25,916 bases of DNA from Pseudomonadota bacterium (GTDB taxonomy: Bacteria; Bdellovibrionota_B; Oligoflexia; Oligoflexales; CAIMVM01). The translations under genes and the position numbers were made by a program. This document shows, piece after piece, positions 8,919-17,430 of the stretch (within the stretch, counting starts at the first letter, position 1; the number at the start of each line of letters is the position of its first letter). The notes beneath the pieces were generated by a model. The model made no database searches. It was not told the DNA's origin and was given only the letters and a program-made list of their open reading frames with translations. The stretch is taken from positions 1 to 25,916 of the forward strand of contig JBAXBA010000051.1 of NCBI GenBank assembly GCA_037142195.1, written 5' to 3'.

Positions 8919-9359
8919 TCAAGTGAACTTGGCACTACCTGAACCGATCTGATTGCCATTTAACTCAACCGTGTACGAGATGGGCACAGCCTTAGAAACC
9001 ATAGCGGAAACGCCGCAATACTTGGACTGGGATAATTGTACTGATTCCAAAAGAATCGCTGAATCTAAGGGGCCTGTGGCTTTAAATCCGAGCCGAACTT
9101 CTTTGAAGATAATCGGATGAGAGCCTTCTGTCATATCGCATTCGGCATGAATTTCGAGGCCTTCAAGAGTCTGTTTATGTTTTCTTAAAAGACCCACTAC
9201 ATCCATAGCGGTGCAGCCGCATATGCCCGCTAAAAGCAGCTGCTTGGGAGTCATGGCGCTACTGTCACCAACGGGTGACTTGGCATCCATAGAGATCAGA
9301 TGACCATCGGCACTTGATACAAATTTCATTTTTTCTTGCCAAGTACATTCTAGCTTCAT
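8919..9359 (-). CDS. OsmC/YhfA family protein
   Basis: PKQLLLAGICGCTAMDV and SQSKYCGVS carry the two conserved Cys of the OsmC/Ohr fold. RBS GAGG. Confidence 0.9.
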   Translation of the reverse strand: MKLECTWQEKMKFVSSADGHLISMDAKSPVGDSSAMTPKQLLLAGICGCTAMDVVGLLRKHKQTLEGLEIHAECDMTEGSHPIIFKEVRLGFKATGPLDSAILLESVQLSQSKYCGVSAMVSKAVPISYTVELNGNQIGSGSAKFT

Positions 9360-9798
9360 GGTTATGGTCCTCTCACGGGAAGGGTGTGCTTAGTTCAGAA
9401 TTCTGTTAAGACTAACGATCTCACTTACCGAAAAGGCCTATCCATTTGCCTCTAGGTGAGATGCCAAGTTATAACATGGGTGGATTTAAAATTCTCTAAA
9501 ATGCACCGGGCTTAGGTGTGAAATAGAAGCTTTTTACCAATGAATTTAGGATCCAGTCGTGGCTTGGCTTTGGTAATGTCCGATTTTTTGAAATCTAGGT
9601 TGGGAAAGATGGAAAAAACCCAAGAAAAGACTCCTAAAATTTCCCACTGGAAAGTGGACTCTTGAGGGATATATTTTCGGCCTAGTAGCGAAAAAACAGG
9701 ACAGCAGCCTCCTCGGCTCCTAGTTGGAAACTCAAGGATTGCGGCTGCTTAATAGACAGCATCCCCTATCCGTCAAGAATCTAAAGTTCACTTTGATT

Positions 9799-10107
9799 TC
9801 AAGTGAATATTTCTGGTCTCATTACCATGGCATCCGTGACGTAAAACCCAATGTCATAGTTTTTCAAAAGATGCGCTTCGATGTCTTTTAAGATCGGCCT
9901 AACTAGGGACTCTGTCGCAAGGCATTCGATCTTAGTTTGCGACTCATTGATATCCATCGAAGTGGAAGGCTCAAACTCCTCCATAACAATAGAGGAAATG
10001 CGTACGCTTTTGATGCCGTGGCCTCTAAGGATTTCTTTAATTTTCTTGGTGGCTGCGTTTTCCGCTGTGATTGAGATGAGCTTTAAGGCTGTAAGTTTAT
10101 CTGGCAT
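9799..10107 (-). CDS. sbtB: SbtB-like PII-family regulator (divergent)
   Basis: 102 aa, directly downstream of sbtA. KLISITAE...KIECL...YVTDAMVMRPEIF pattern of SbtB/PII-like proteins. RBS AAGGA. Confidence 0.7.
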   Translation of the reverse strand: MPDKLTALKLISITAENAATKKIKEILRGHGIKSVRISSIVMEEFEPSTSMDINESQTKIECLATESLVRPILKDIEAHLLKNYDIGFYVTDAMVMRPEIFT

Positions 10108-10123
10108 CAGTCATTCCTTCAGA

Positions 10124-11107
10124 TTAATTTTGAAAATACCATTGGGCGAATTTCAGGTAAATGGGGATTCCGAGCAAGAGATTAAAGGGAAATGTAACGG
10201 TGAGAGCGGCCGTAAGGTAGATTCCTGGGCTCGCCTCAGGGATGGCGATTCGAACCGCTGCGGGAGCTGCAATATAAGAGGCACTGGCGCCCAACGTACC
10301 AAGTATCACCGATCCGCCTAGGCTTAGTCCTGAAGCATAACCTAAACTCACACCTAGAAAGCCATTTAGAACCGGCAAAAGTGTTCCGAAAAGAAGAAGA
10401 AACAGTTTAGATCGCCCAATGTCTCGAAAACGCTTGGAAGCTACGATGCCCATTTCCAGGAGAAATAAGGCCACGGCTCCTTGAAAGGGGGGGCCGAAAA
10501 AAGGTTCGACTTTTGCGTATCCCGATTTCTTTGCTAAAAAACCTATGATCAAACCGCCCACCAAAAGAAGAATACTTTTGCCAGTAAGCACCTCGCGTAT
10601 CGCTTCTTTAAATTTATCTAAGTTAACGGAGAGCTCTCCCATACGAGCAAAAGCCAGCCCCATAATGATGGCTGGGATTTCGAGCAGCACTACCAAGGAG
10701 GAGACAAAGCCCTCGACGGAAATCCCAAGGACATTTAAAAAAGATTGAGCGGCAATAAACGTCACGACGGATACGGAGCCATAATGAGCTGCTAAGGCAG
10801 CGGCATTATAGCGGCTCATTTTTCCTAAATATCGGGCACACAAAAAAGCCATTGCCGGCGTTATGAGGCCTAACACAAGAGTTGCCAAGGCTGGCTTGAT
10901 CACTAAAGAGGCCTCAACTGAGGAAAGCTCAACCCCGCCTTTTAATCCCAGCGCAAACAAGAGATATATGGTGAGTATGGCGTAAATGGGTTCGGGAATC
11001 GTAAGGTCGCTTTTAAGAAGTGTTGCTACAATCCCAAGAAGGAAGCAAAGAACAACCGGGGAAAGGAGATTTGCAAAGACAAATGCCATTGTTTCAGAAT
11101 ATCCCAT
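10124..11107 (-). CDS. sbtA: Sodium-dependent bicarbonate transporter, SbtA family
   Basis: Highly hydrophobic, with motifs KSDLTIP, GLKGG, AHYGSVSVVTF, FLLEMG, SASYIAAPAA and TFPFN. RBS GGAG. Confidence 0.92.
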   Translation of the reverse strand: MGYSETMAFVFANLLSPVVLCFLLGIVATLLKSDLTIPEPIYAILTIYLLFALGLKGGVELSSVEASLVIKPALATLVLGLITPAMAFLCARYLGKMSRYNAAALAAHYGSVSVVTFIAAQSFLNVLGISVEGFVSSLVVLLEIPAIIMGLAFARMGELSVNLDKFKEAIREVLTGKSILLLVGGLIIGFLAKKSGYAKVEPFFGPPFQGAVALFLLEMGIVASKRFRDIGRSKLFLLLFGTLLPVLNGFLGVSLGYASGLSLGGSVILGTLGASASYIAAPAAVRIAIPEASPGIYLTAALTVTFPFNLLLGIPIYLKFAQWYFQN

Positions 11108-11352
11108 TTCTTATCTCCCATGCTCGTTCTCGGCACCCTAATTTTCATCTGGCTTATATTGAAGAGAGACCTTGAATCCGTCAATCTCTTTGTGGCTCTG
11201 CGGCAATATCCTAATGAATAAAAGGATGACCTAAGCTAGCAAGATCAGAGCCAGTGAGTTTTTTAGGAAGCTTCCTACTTCCCATCTAACACGAGTAATA
11301 GATATCCTAGGAAAGATTTGGGGATTCTGCATTGAGAAAATCGGTGCTTTAA

Positions 11353-13218
11353 CTAAGCAGCTTTCTGACCCGTGATATATTTCTTGAGGGTCGCATTGAA
11401 ATCCTCTGGAGTTCCAATCAGAATAGCTGCGCCCATCATGATGGCTTCCCGCGGCATGCCAAAAATCGTGCAAGAAGCTTGATTTTGTGCAAAGGTAGTC
11501 GCACCTGACTTTCTTAAATGATAAAGACCCTGCGCCCCGTCGCGACCCATCCCCGTAAATAGCCCCGCTACGATCTTGGTGTCGGTCAAGAGAGCTGCTG
11601 ACTGAAACATCACGTCTACAGAAGGCCTGTGACTCTCGACTCGCTCGCCGTCAAAGTAGCTTACGTAAAGCGAGCCGTTTTTCTTTTTCAAAGTAATGTG
11701 GGCGTCAGCTTGAGCCATATAGAGGCAACCCGCGCTTAGGGGCTTCTCCAAATGTTCCATGCCATTTTTAAGGCCGGAAGCTTTCAAGAGTTGAGCCATA
11801 AGATCTTTGGAAAAATCCTCACCGATATGTTGAACGATAACAACGGGTGGACAATTCGCTGGAAGGTTTTGCAGGGCCTGTTCAAGAGCTTTGGGGCCTC
11901 CCGTGCTGCTACCAAGTAGAATGAGGTCTGGGATACTGTCAAATCTTACTTCATGGGGATTTACAGAATTTAAACGCTCTGCCACCGAATATCGAAATGA
12001 GGACAGAATGTCTTCTTCTCGAAAGGGCTTCGAAATGATATCGGAAAATCTTTCATTCATGAAACTTTGAATGATGGCCTTACTTTTAACGGCAGTGACC
12101 ATAATGACTGGTAGATCATGATCAGAATGCCTTAGTTTTTTTAAAAGGCTGAGTCCATCGAGTCCTGGCATGTTGAAGTCCAGAAACGCAAGATTAAATG
12201 AGCGAACCTGCTCCGCAGTTAAAGATGCAGCCTTTAACGGGTCGTTGAATGAGGTAACACGAACGCCTTTGTCTTTTAGTATATCAGAAAGTAATTCCGT
12301 GATTCCCTCTTCATCATCTACAACAAGAACCGATTTAGGAACTTTACTTCGGAGTGTGAAAATATCCGGCCGAGGAGATTTCTGAGATGTGAGCTGAGAG
12401 GGTTCTTTTTCAACTTTTTCATATCCGCCATGACCCTGATGGCTGAGTCCTAGGGTTGCGGCCTCCACATGCTCTCCCGTCGCCAGGTAGAGCCTCCCAT
12501 GGGACATAAGGCAGGAGTGTAAATTTTTAACAATAGAGTCCACCGCTTCTGGGTCAAAATAGATGATGACGTTGCGACAAAATATGGTGTTATAGTTTGG
12601 GTGATCTTTGTAGGAGCCGTTTAAAAGATCAAAGGTTTTAAAGTCCACCTTTTTTTTAATCCCATCTGGAATGACATAAGCGACTTCTTTATCATTAAGT
12701 GTTTTTAGGTGTAAAAGGTTCCTATACTTTTCCGGAACATAGGCTTCTACTTCTTTCTTGTCATAATAACCTTTTCTAGCTATGCCTATCACAAGCGGGT
12801 CGATATCCCAGCCGTCGATATGGTAGTCTTTTAATATGCCACGTTTGACTAAACTTTCCATTCCAAGTGCCAAAGAATATGCCTCTTGGCCTGAGGAAGC
12901 GCCTGCACTCAGGAGGCTTATTTTTTGCATTTTTTTGTTTACGCATTCTGATTCGACCCATTGGAAGAAGAGTTCCAACTGATGAGAATCCCTGAACCAG
13001 CGCGTGGTGTGAATGGTTACAGCTGACAGCAGCTGACCTAGCTCATCTTGGTCACTTAAGGCAAATTCGATGTATTCAAGGAGTGTTTTCTTTTTAAGGG
13101 CGTGCATTCTGAGCCCGATATTGAAGGGAATGATATCAGGTCTAAAACTCAAGGAAGACCCAGTCAGTCTTCTTGCCACTCCAAAAAGAAAGTCTAACTC
13201 TTTGCTAGAAAATGTCAT
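11353..13218 (-). CDS. CheR methyltransferase - receiver - CheB methylesterase fusion
   Basis: CheR: TTRWFRD, SAGASSGQEAYSLA, GWDID, IFCRNVIIYFD. REC: VLVVDDE, LDFNMPGLDG, VTA, SKPF. CheB: GSSTGG, VQH, HRPSVDVMF, TGMGRDGA, FGMP. ATG at 13218 overlaps the cheW stop (ATGA). Confidence 0.92.
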   Translation of the reverse strand: MTFSSKELDFLFGVARRLTGSSLSFRPDIIPFNIGLRMHALKKKTLLEYIEFALSDQDELGQLLSAVTIHTTRWFRDSHQLELFFQWVESECVNKKMQKISLLSAGASSGQEAYSLALGMESLVKRGILKDYHIDGWDIDPLVIGIARKGYYDKKEVEAYVPEKYRNLLHLKTLNDKEVAYVIPDGIKKKVDFKTFDLLNGSYKDHPNYNTIFCRNVIIYFDPEAVDSIVKNLHSCLMSHGRLYLATGEHVEAATLGLSHQGHGGYEKVEKEPSQLTSQKSPRPDIFTLRSKVPKSVLVVDDEEGITELLSDILKDKGVRVTSFNDPLKAASLTAEQVRSFNLAFLDFNMPGLDGLSLLKKLRHSDHDLPVIMVTAVKSKAIIQSFMNERFSDIISKPFREEDILSSFRYSVAERLNSVNPHEVRFDSIPDLILLGSSTGGPKALEQALQNLPANCPPVVIVQHIGEDFSKDLMAQLLKASGLKNGMEHLEKPLSAGCLYMAQADAHITLKKKNGSLYVSYFDGERVESHRPSVDVMFQSAALLTDTKIVAGLFTGMGRDGAQGLYHLRKSGATTFAQNQASCTIFGMPREAIMMGAAILIGTPEDFNATLKKYITGQKAA

Positions 13219-13691
13219 GCGGCATCGCTCGTGGTAGGAGTTACCCATTTTTGAGTTTCGATCATGGCTTTAACCGCCATGCACGGTATAAACTCCTCAT
13301 TTTGACAAAATACCCCAGAAATGAATTTTACGGGGACTGAGACTTCATAGTTGGGATTGGACTCAAAACTACCAGAATCCCGACTCGCTACTGAAAGAAC
13401 TCGGTCTACCTTTAGCCCCACAAATCCATGCCTAGCTTCGACCACTAAAATGACATTTTGTGCCGACTCAATCTCGGGGAGTGAAAATCGCTTTCTAAGG
13501 TCAAGAACCGAGATCAGCTGTCCTCTGAGGGAACCAATTCCTAAGAAAGAGGGCTCTGAAGATGGGACTTGTCTTAAGGGAAGAACTTCCAAGACTTCAG
13601 AAATATCTTCGAGACTCGCACAAAATTTATTGCCGCCAGCATCAAAAATTAGGTATTGGGCTTCCATTTTTTCTTCTACTTGAGAGTTCAT
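13215..13691 (-). CDS. cheW: Chemotaxis coupling protein CheW
   Basis: QYLIF, ISEVL, VP...FLGIGSLRGQLISVLDLRKRF and VGLKVDRV. ATG at 13691 overlaps the cheA stop (ATGA). Confidence 0.9.
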   Translation of the reverse strand: MNSQVEEKMEAQYLIFDAGGNKFCASLEDISEVLEVLPLRQVPSSEPSFLGIGSLRGQLISVLDLRKRFSLPEIESAQNVILVVEARHGFVGLKVDRVLSVASRDSGSFESNPNYEVSVPVKFISGVFCQNEEFIPCMAVKAMIETQKWVTPTTSDAA

Positions 13692-15466
13692 GCAGCTTTT
13701 CCTTTCCAAGAAATTTCGGTCCAAGAGAGTTCTTTTTTAAGCTCGACGAGATCAAATACAAAAGCTGGCATGCCGTCACTAAGACGAGTCGTACCTACGA
13801 CTCCCGCTAGGTCTAAAAGGTTGGACGGCAGTTGCTCTAAAATTACGGCCTGGTGTTCGTTTAAATTGTCCACAGCTACACCTGCAATTTGTCCTCGCGA
13901 TTCGACGATAAAGACCGAGCAAAACTCACTGATAGCATTTGAGGGGTTGGGCTTGGCACCAATAGCGACACCAAAATCAGTCACAGACACGGGCGTGCCA
14001 TTAAAATTAAGAGTTCTTCCAAGGGCAGGATGGGAATGAAAATCCGATCTTTTCACCAACAAAATTTCTCTAATTTGACTTGTAGCGATGGCATAGTTTG
14101 CTCCTTGGTGGATGACCTGAATCGTTTCCACAAGTGCCAGTTTTGCTTGGAAAAAAAGCCGAAAGCTTGTGCCGCGGCCTAGTTCCGAGACAATTTCAAC
14201 TTTTCCTTTTAAGGCGTTTATTGTCGAACGGACCACATCGAGACCCACTCCTCGTCCTGAGACATCGGTGATTTTTTCTGCGGTCGAGAACCCTGGAAGA
14301 AAGAGCAAATCAAAACATTCTTTTTCACTGAGTTGTGCGGAGGCAGAGAGCAGCCCTTTTTCAACGGCTTTTTTTCTGATTTTTTCTCGATCGAGTCCTT
14401 TGCCGTCATCTTTGATTTCCACCCAAAGGCCGGCAGACGTCTTATGAGCCGAAATCTCGAGCCTGCCCACGGCACCTTTGCTGGTTTTAAGGCGAAGTTC
14501 AGAGTTTTCAATGCCGTGATCCACAGAGTTTCTCACAATATGCATCAAAGGGTCTTTGATTTTTTCTAACACGACTTTGTCAAGGCGCTCACTGGTGCCG
14601 TCGAGAAAGACTTCCACTTGCTTGCCTGTTTTCTTTGCCGTGTCTTGGGCGGTTTTGGAGAGGTACGCAAAAAGAGAGTCCACCGGAGCGAGCAGAAGAG
14701 AAAATAAGGATTCTTGAAGTTCCTTGTTCAAGGGATTTACTGACACGAGCAGGTCTTTGAGGGGAGCAGAGGTGGCGCTCATTGCGGCACCTTTACTAGC
14801 TAGCACGTAATTTACTTCATTTGCCAAGGCTAAAATTTCTTCCACGCGCTCCCGCGGAACGCGGATGGTCTCTAGAGATTGCTGAGAAGGTCCAGGCGTG
14901 GGACTCCCCGTCCGAGCCGCTGGGTCTGAAGTTCCGGTGGCTTTACTTTGAGGCGCAATAGGCTGGGCCGTGCTTGGTGAGTTCGGTGTCTCTTTAGGAC
15001 CATTTTTAAGAAATTTCTCTTCATCGAGGGTATCAAATAGAACAAAGCCATCAGACTCCATTTCGGGCTTTTCTCCCGCAACACGGGCAATTTGATCTGC
15101 GATTCTGTCATAAAGGCTTTTGGGATAGTAATCGGAGTTCACATTGTTCGACAGATTCATTTTCCATTCACTCAATGTCTCTAAAACTTCTTTGAGCAAT
15201 TCCTGCTCGATTTCGTTAAAGGGCCGTTGCCCGTCGCGAATCTGGGTTACAAAGTCTTCCACTTTGTGAATGAAGCCACCAAAGCTCTCAAGCTCCACGG
15301 ATAAAGACGCACCTTTTAAGTTATGAGCAAAGCGAAACATTGTTTTCATGGCAGTCGGCACATCCACGTCGTGAGCCAGGACCTCATTGTAAAGTTGAAG
15401 CCAGGCATCGAGGGTGTCCGTCAATTCATCTAGAAATGTGGCTACAAATTCCTCATTAGGCGACAT
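13688..15466 (-). CDS. cheA: Chemotaxis histidine kinase CheA (Hpt-linker-dimerisation-HATPase-CheW-like)
   Basis: Hpt FRFAHNLKGAS; TIRVP; DPLMHIVRNSVDHGIE; DDGKGLD; GFSTAEKITDVSGRGVGLDVV. Start at 15466 with GGAGA, overlapping the MCP end by 11 nt. Confidence 0.95.
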   Translation of the reverse strand: MSPNEEFVATFLDELTDTLDAWLQLYNEVLAHDVDVPTAMKTMFRFAHNLKGASLSVELESFGGFIHKVEDFVTQIRDGQRPFNEIEQELLKEVLETLSEWKMNLSNNVNSDYYPKSLYDRIADQIARVAGEKPEMESDGFVLFDTLDEEKFLKNGPKETPNSPSTAQPIAPQSKATGTSDPAARTGSPTPGPSQQSLETIRVPRERVEEILALANEVNYVLASKGAAMSATSAPLKDLLVSVNPLNKELQESLFSLLLAPVDSLFAYLSKTAQDTAKKTGKQVEVFLDGTSERLDKVVLEKIKDPLMHIVRNSVDHGIENSELRLKTSKGAVGRLEISAHKTSAGLWVEIKDDGKGLDREKIRKKAVEKGLLSASAQLSEKECFDLLFLPGFSTAEKITDVSGRGVGLDVVRSTINALKGKVEIVSELGRGTSFRLFFQAKLALVETIQVIHQGANYAIATSQIREILLVKRSDFHSHPALGRTLNFNGTPVSVTDFGVAIGAKPNPSNAISEFCSVFIVESRGQIAGVAVDNLNEHQAVILEQLPSNLLDLAGVVGTTRLSDGMPAFVFDLVELKKELSWTEISWKGKAA

Positions 15467-17111
15467 TTGATTTGTTGTCTCCGGCAGATAATTTTTGTAA
15501 TACAGCATCCATTCTTTCATCTTCAGACGAGCGAATGGGGCTAACGGTTGCAACTTCTAGATGCTCAACTTGGGGAATATCCTGAGATGGATGAGGTCTG
15601 CTCGCACTGCTACCGTAGACGATTGCAGTTTGAGCGTCCTCTACAGCCTTCAATTTGCTGATCTTTTCTATGATCTGTCCGGAACGTTGGGTGATATCGC
15701 TCGCCACTTGACTTACAGCATGGGTACCACTATTCATCTCTTGCATAGTTATAGTACATTGATCCACGCCATCCGCTTGTTCCTTTGCGCCCAGCTCAAC
15801 ATCTGAAAGGGATCCTGTCATGGCCGCGATGCGCTCCGCAAGTCCGGTAAACTGATTTTTCACTTCTTCAGCTACCTGCAGAGTTTCGTTTACTTTCGAA
15901 GTTGCCGAAGCAACAATTTTAGAAACTTGAGACTTGGTTTCGTCTAGTATTTGTTGAATTTCTAGTGCTGTTTGGCCGCTCATTTCAGCCAGACGTCCTA
16001 CTTCTTGCGCGACCACTGCAAAGCCTTTGCCCTGGGTTCCGGCACGCGCAGCTTCGATAGAAGCATTGAAGGAAAGAACTTGAGTCTTGAAGACTATATT
16101 GTTGATCGTGCCAGTTTTATTCGTAACCTTTTCCATGTAGTTTTGTATTTCTTCGAGTTCGCTATTAGATTCTTTAAGGGCTTTTAGAGTGGCCATCATA
16201 TTCGAAGCCGCATTGAGTCCTAATTGCGATTCATCTCTGCTTTCGCGGAGAGCGTTGCTTACCACAGTAAGATTTTGATTGTTTCTTCGAATAACACCTT
16301 GAATTTCTGTCATTGCCGACACAGTTTCTGTAACTGCAGAACTCTGAGAGCTCACTACTAGACTTAGTTTGGATGAGTTTTCCTGAAGTTTTGTCGAACC
16401 TTGGGCTACATCTTTTGCTATTTCACTAATTGATTTTGAAGCGACGTCGAGAGAAGTAGAAATGGATTTAGCCGTCCGGCGCCCAAACCAGAAGATCCCA
16501 ATGCTAGCAAAAGAGACTAAAAAAATGCTTAGAAACAGATGGGATAACTGTGTGTCACTTTCCATTTTTTGTTGATACTTATAGGCCTCATCCAAGCTTG
16601 CCGATATTTTTTTAGTGATTTCTGTAGCAGATGTCTTTAAACCATCAATTTTGTCATCCAGGTCTCCATAGATCTTTTCACTACCTTTTCTTGTTCGGAT
16701 AAGATCAAAAGTTCTTTGGGCTGCTGAAAATAGTTCTTCAGAAATCTTAAATGCGGACTCAATTTCATCCTTCTGGCCCACACTTATAGCTGCCTGAAGC
16801 AGGGTGTCTTTATCTTTTTTGAAGGAATTCATGACGGATTCCACTTCCTGGGAGACTTCTTCTGCAACTTTCCCAGACTCCTGGTCGATCATGGCATCCA
16901 TGGCCGCAAGGTTAACCTTCGCTAAGTTAAACTCAAAGTCAGAATACGCTTTGCTTTGCTTGAGAAGCTGATTCGTCAATTCAATAGATGCTTTCTTTTG
17001 GAAGTATTCCATTTCACCCACTCCTATGGCGAGAGCTCCTAGAAGAAGCGCTCCAGAAGAAATGAAAGTTAATTTCCCTTTTAGGCCCAATTGGTTAATA
17101 TATTTGATCAT
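15456..17111 (-). CDS. Methyl-accepting chemotaxis protein
   Basis: Two TM segments around a helical periplasmic domain. Signalling hairpin INNIVFKTQVLSFNASIEAARAGTQGKGFAVVAQEVGRLA. RBS GGAG. Confidence 0.95.
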   Translation of the reverse strand: MIKYINQLGLKGKLTFISSGALLLGALAIGVGEMEYFQKKASIELTNQLLKQSKAYSDFEFNLAKVNLAAMDAMIDQESGKVAEEVSQEVESVMNSFKKDKDTLLQAAISVGQKDEIESAFKISEELFSAAQRTFDLIRTRKGSEKIYGDLDDKIDGLKTSATEITKKISASLDEAYKYQQKMESDTQLSHLFLSIFLVSFASIGIFWFGRRTAKSISTSLDVASKSISEIAKDVAQGSTKLQENSSKLSLVVSSQSSAVTETVSAMTEIQGVIRRNNQNLTVVSNALRESRDESQLGLNAASNMMATLKALKESNSELEEIQNYMEKVTNKTGTINNIVFKTQVLSFNASIEAARAGTQGKGFAVVAQEVGRLAEMSGQTALEIQQILDETKSQVSKIVASATSKVNETLQVAEEVKNQFTGLAERIAAMTGSLSDVELGAKEQADGVDQCTITMQEMNSGTHAVSQVASDITQRSGQIIEKISKLKAVEDAQTAIVYGSSASRPHPSQDIPQVEHLEVATVSPIRSSEDERMDAVLQKLSAGDNKSNVA

Positions 17112-17140
17112 AGAATCTCCAGAGGTTAACTAGCGCCTGA

Positions 17141-17168
17141 ACTTCGGTGATTCCGTGGCAGCTCTTTA
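17141..17168 (-). promoter_or_regulatory. Putative sigma28 (FliA) promoter of the che operon
   Basis: TAAAG-N15-ACCGAAGT, ending 30 nt upstream of the MCP start. The general consensus is TAAAG/TCAAG-N14-GCCGATAA. Confidence 0.5.
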
Positions 17169-17430
17169 GTTTTTTTTGGGGGTGACTTGGGAAGGTGGTA
17201 TGTATTCTTAATATTTTTGTTGAGTTATAAACTCAGTTTTTCAAGATTTTGGATCTCTAAAGGGTAGTCTTTTTTGAAAGAGGCAAGGGAAGCTTGGCGG
17301 GCTGAGGCTTATTTGGGAGCTATTTAAGGATTTACAACAGAACCCTAGTAATTACAGCTACTTACAATACAAACGATCACGTTTGCAGAAGTTTTTTGTT
17401 AACCGCCTCAGCCCTCAGAGGTTTTCTAAC

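Noticed and set aside
9418..9462. Hairpin ATCTCACTTA/TAGGTGAGAT upstream of the OsmC gene as a riboswitch
   Set aside because: A single stem with no known aptamer motif, and weaker on the coding (minus) strand.
11127..11156. Sigma28 promoter for sbtA (GCCGAGAA)
   Set aside because: The -10 is plausible, but the nearest -35-like TAAG is 18 nt away, which is the wrong spacing.
11231..11473. 80-aa minus ORF as the missing CheY
   Set aside because: It overlaps the CheB end out of frame and has no receiver motifs.
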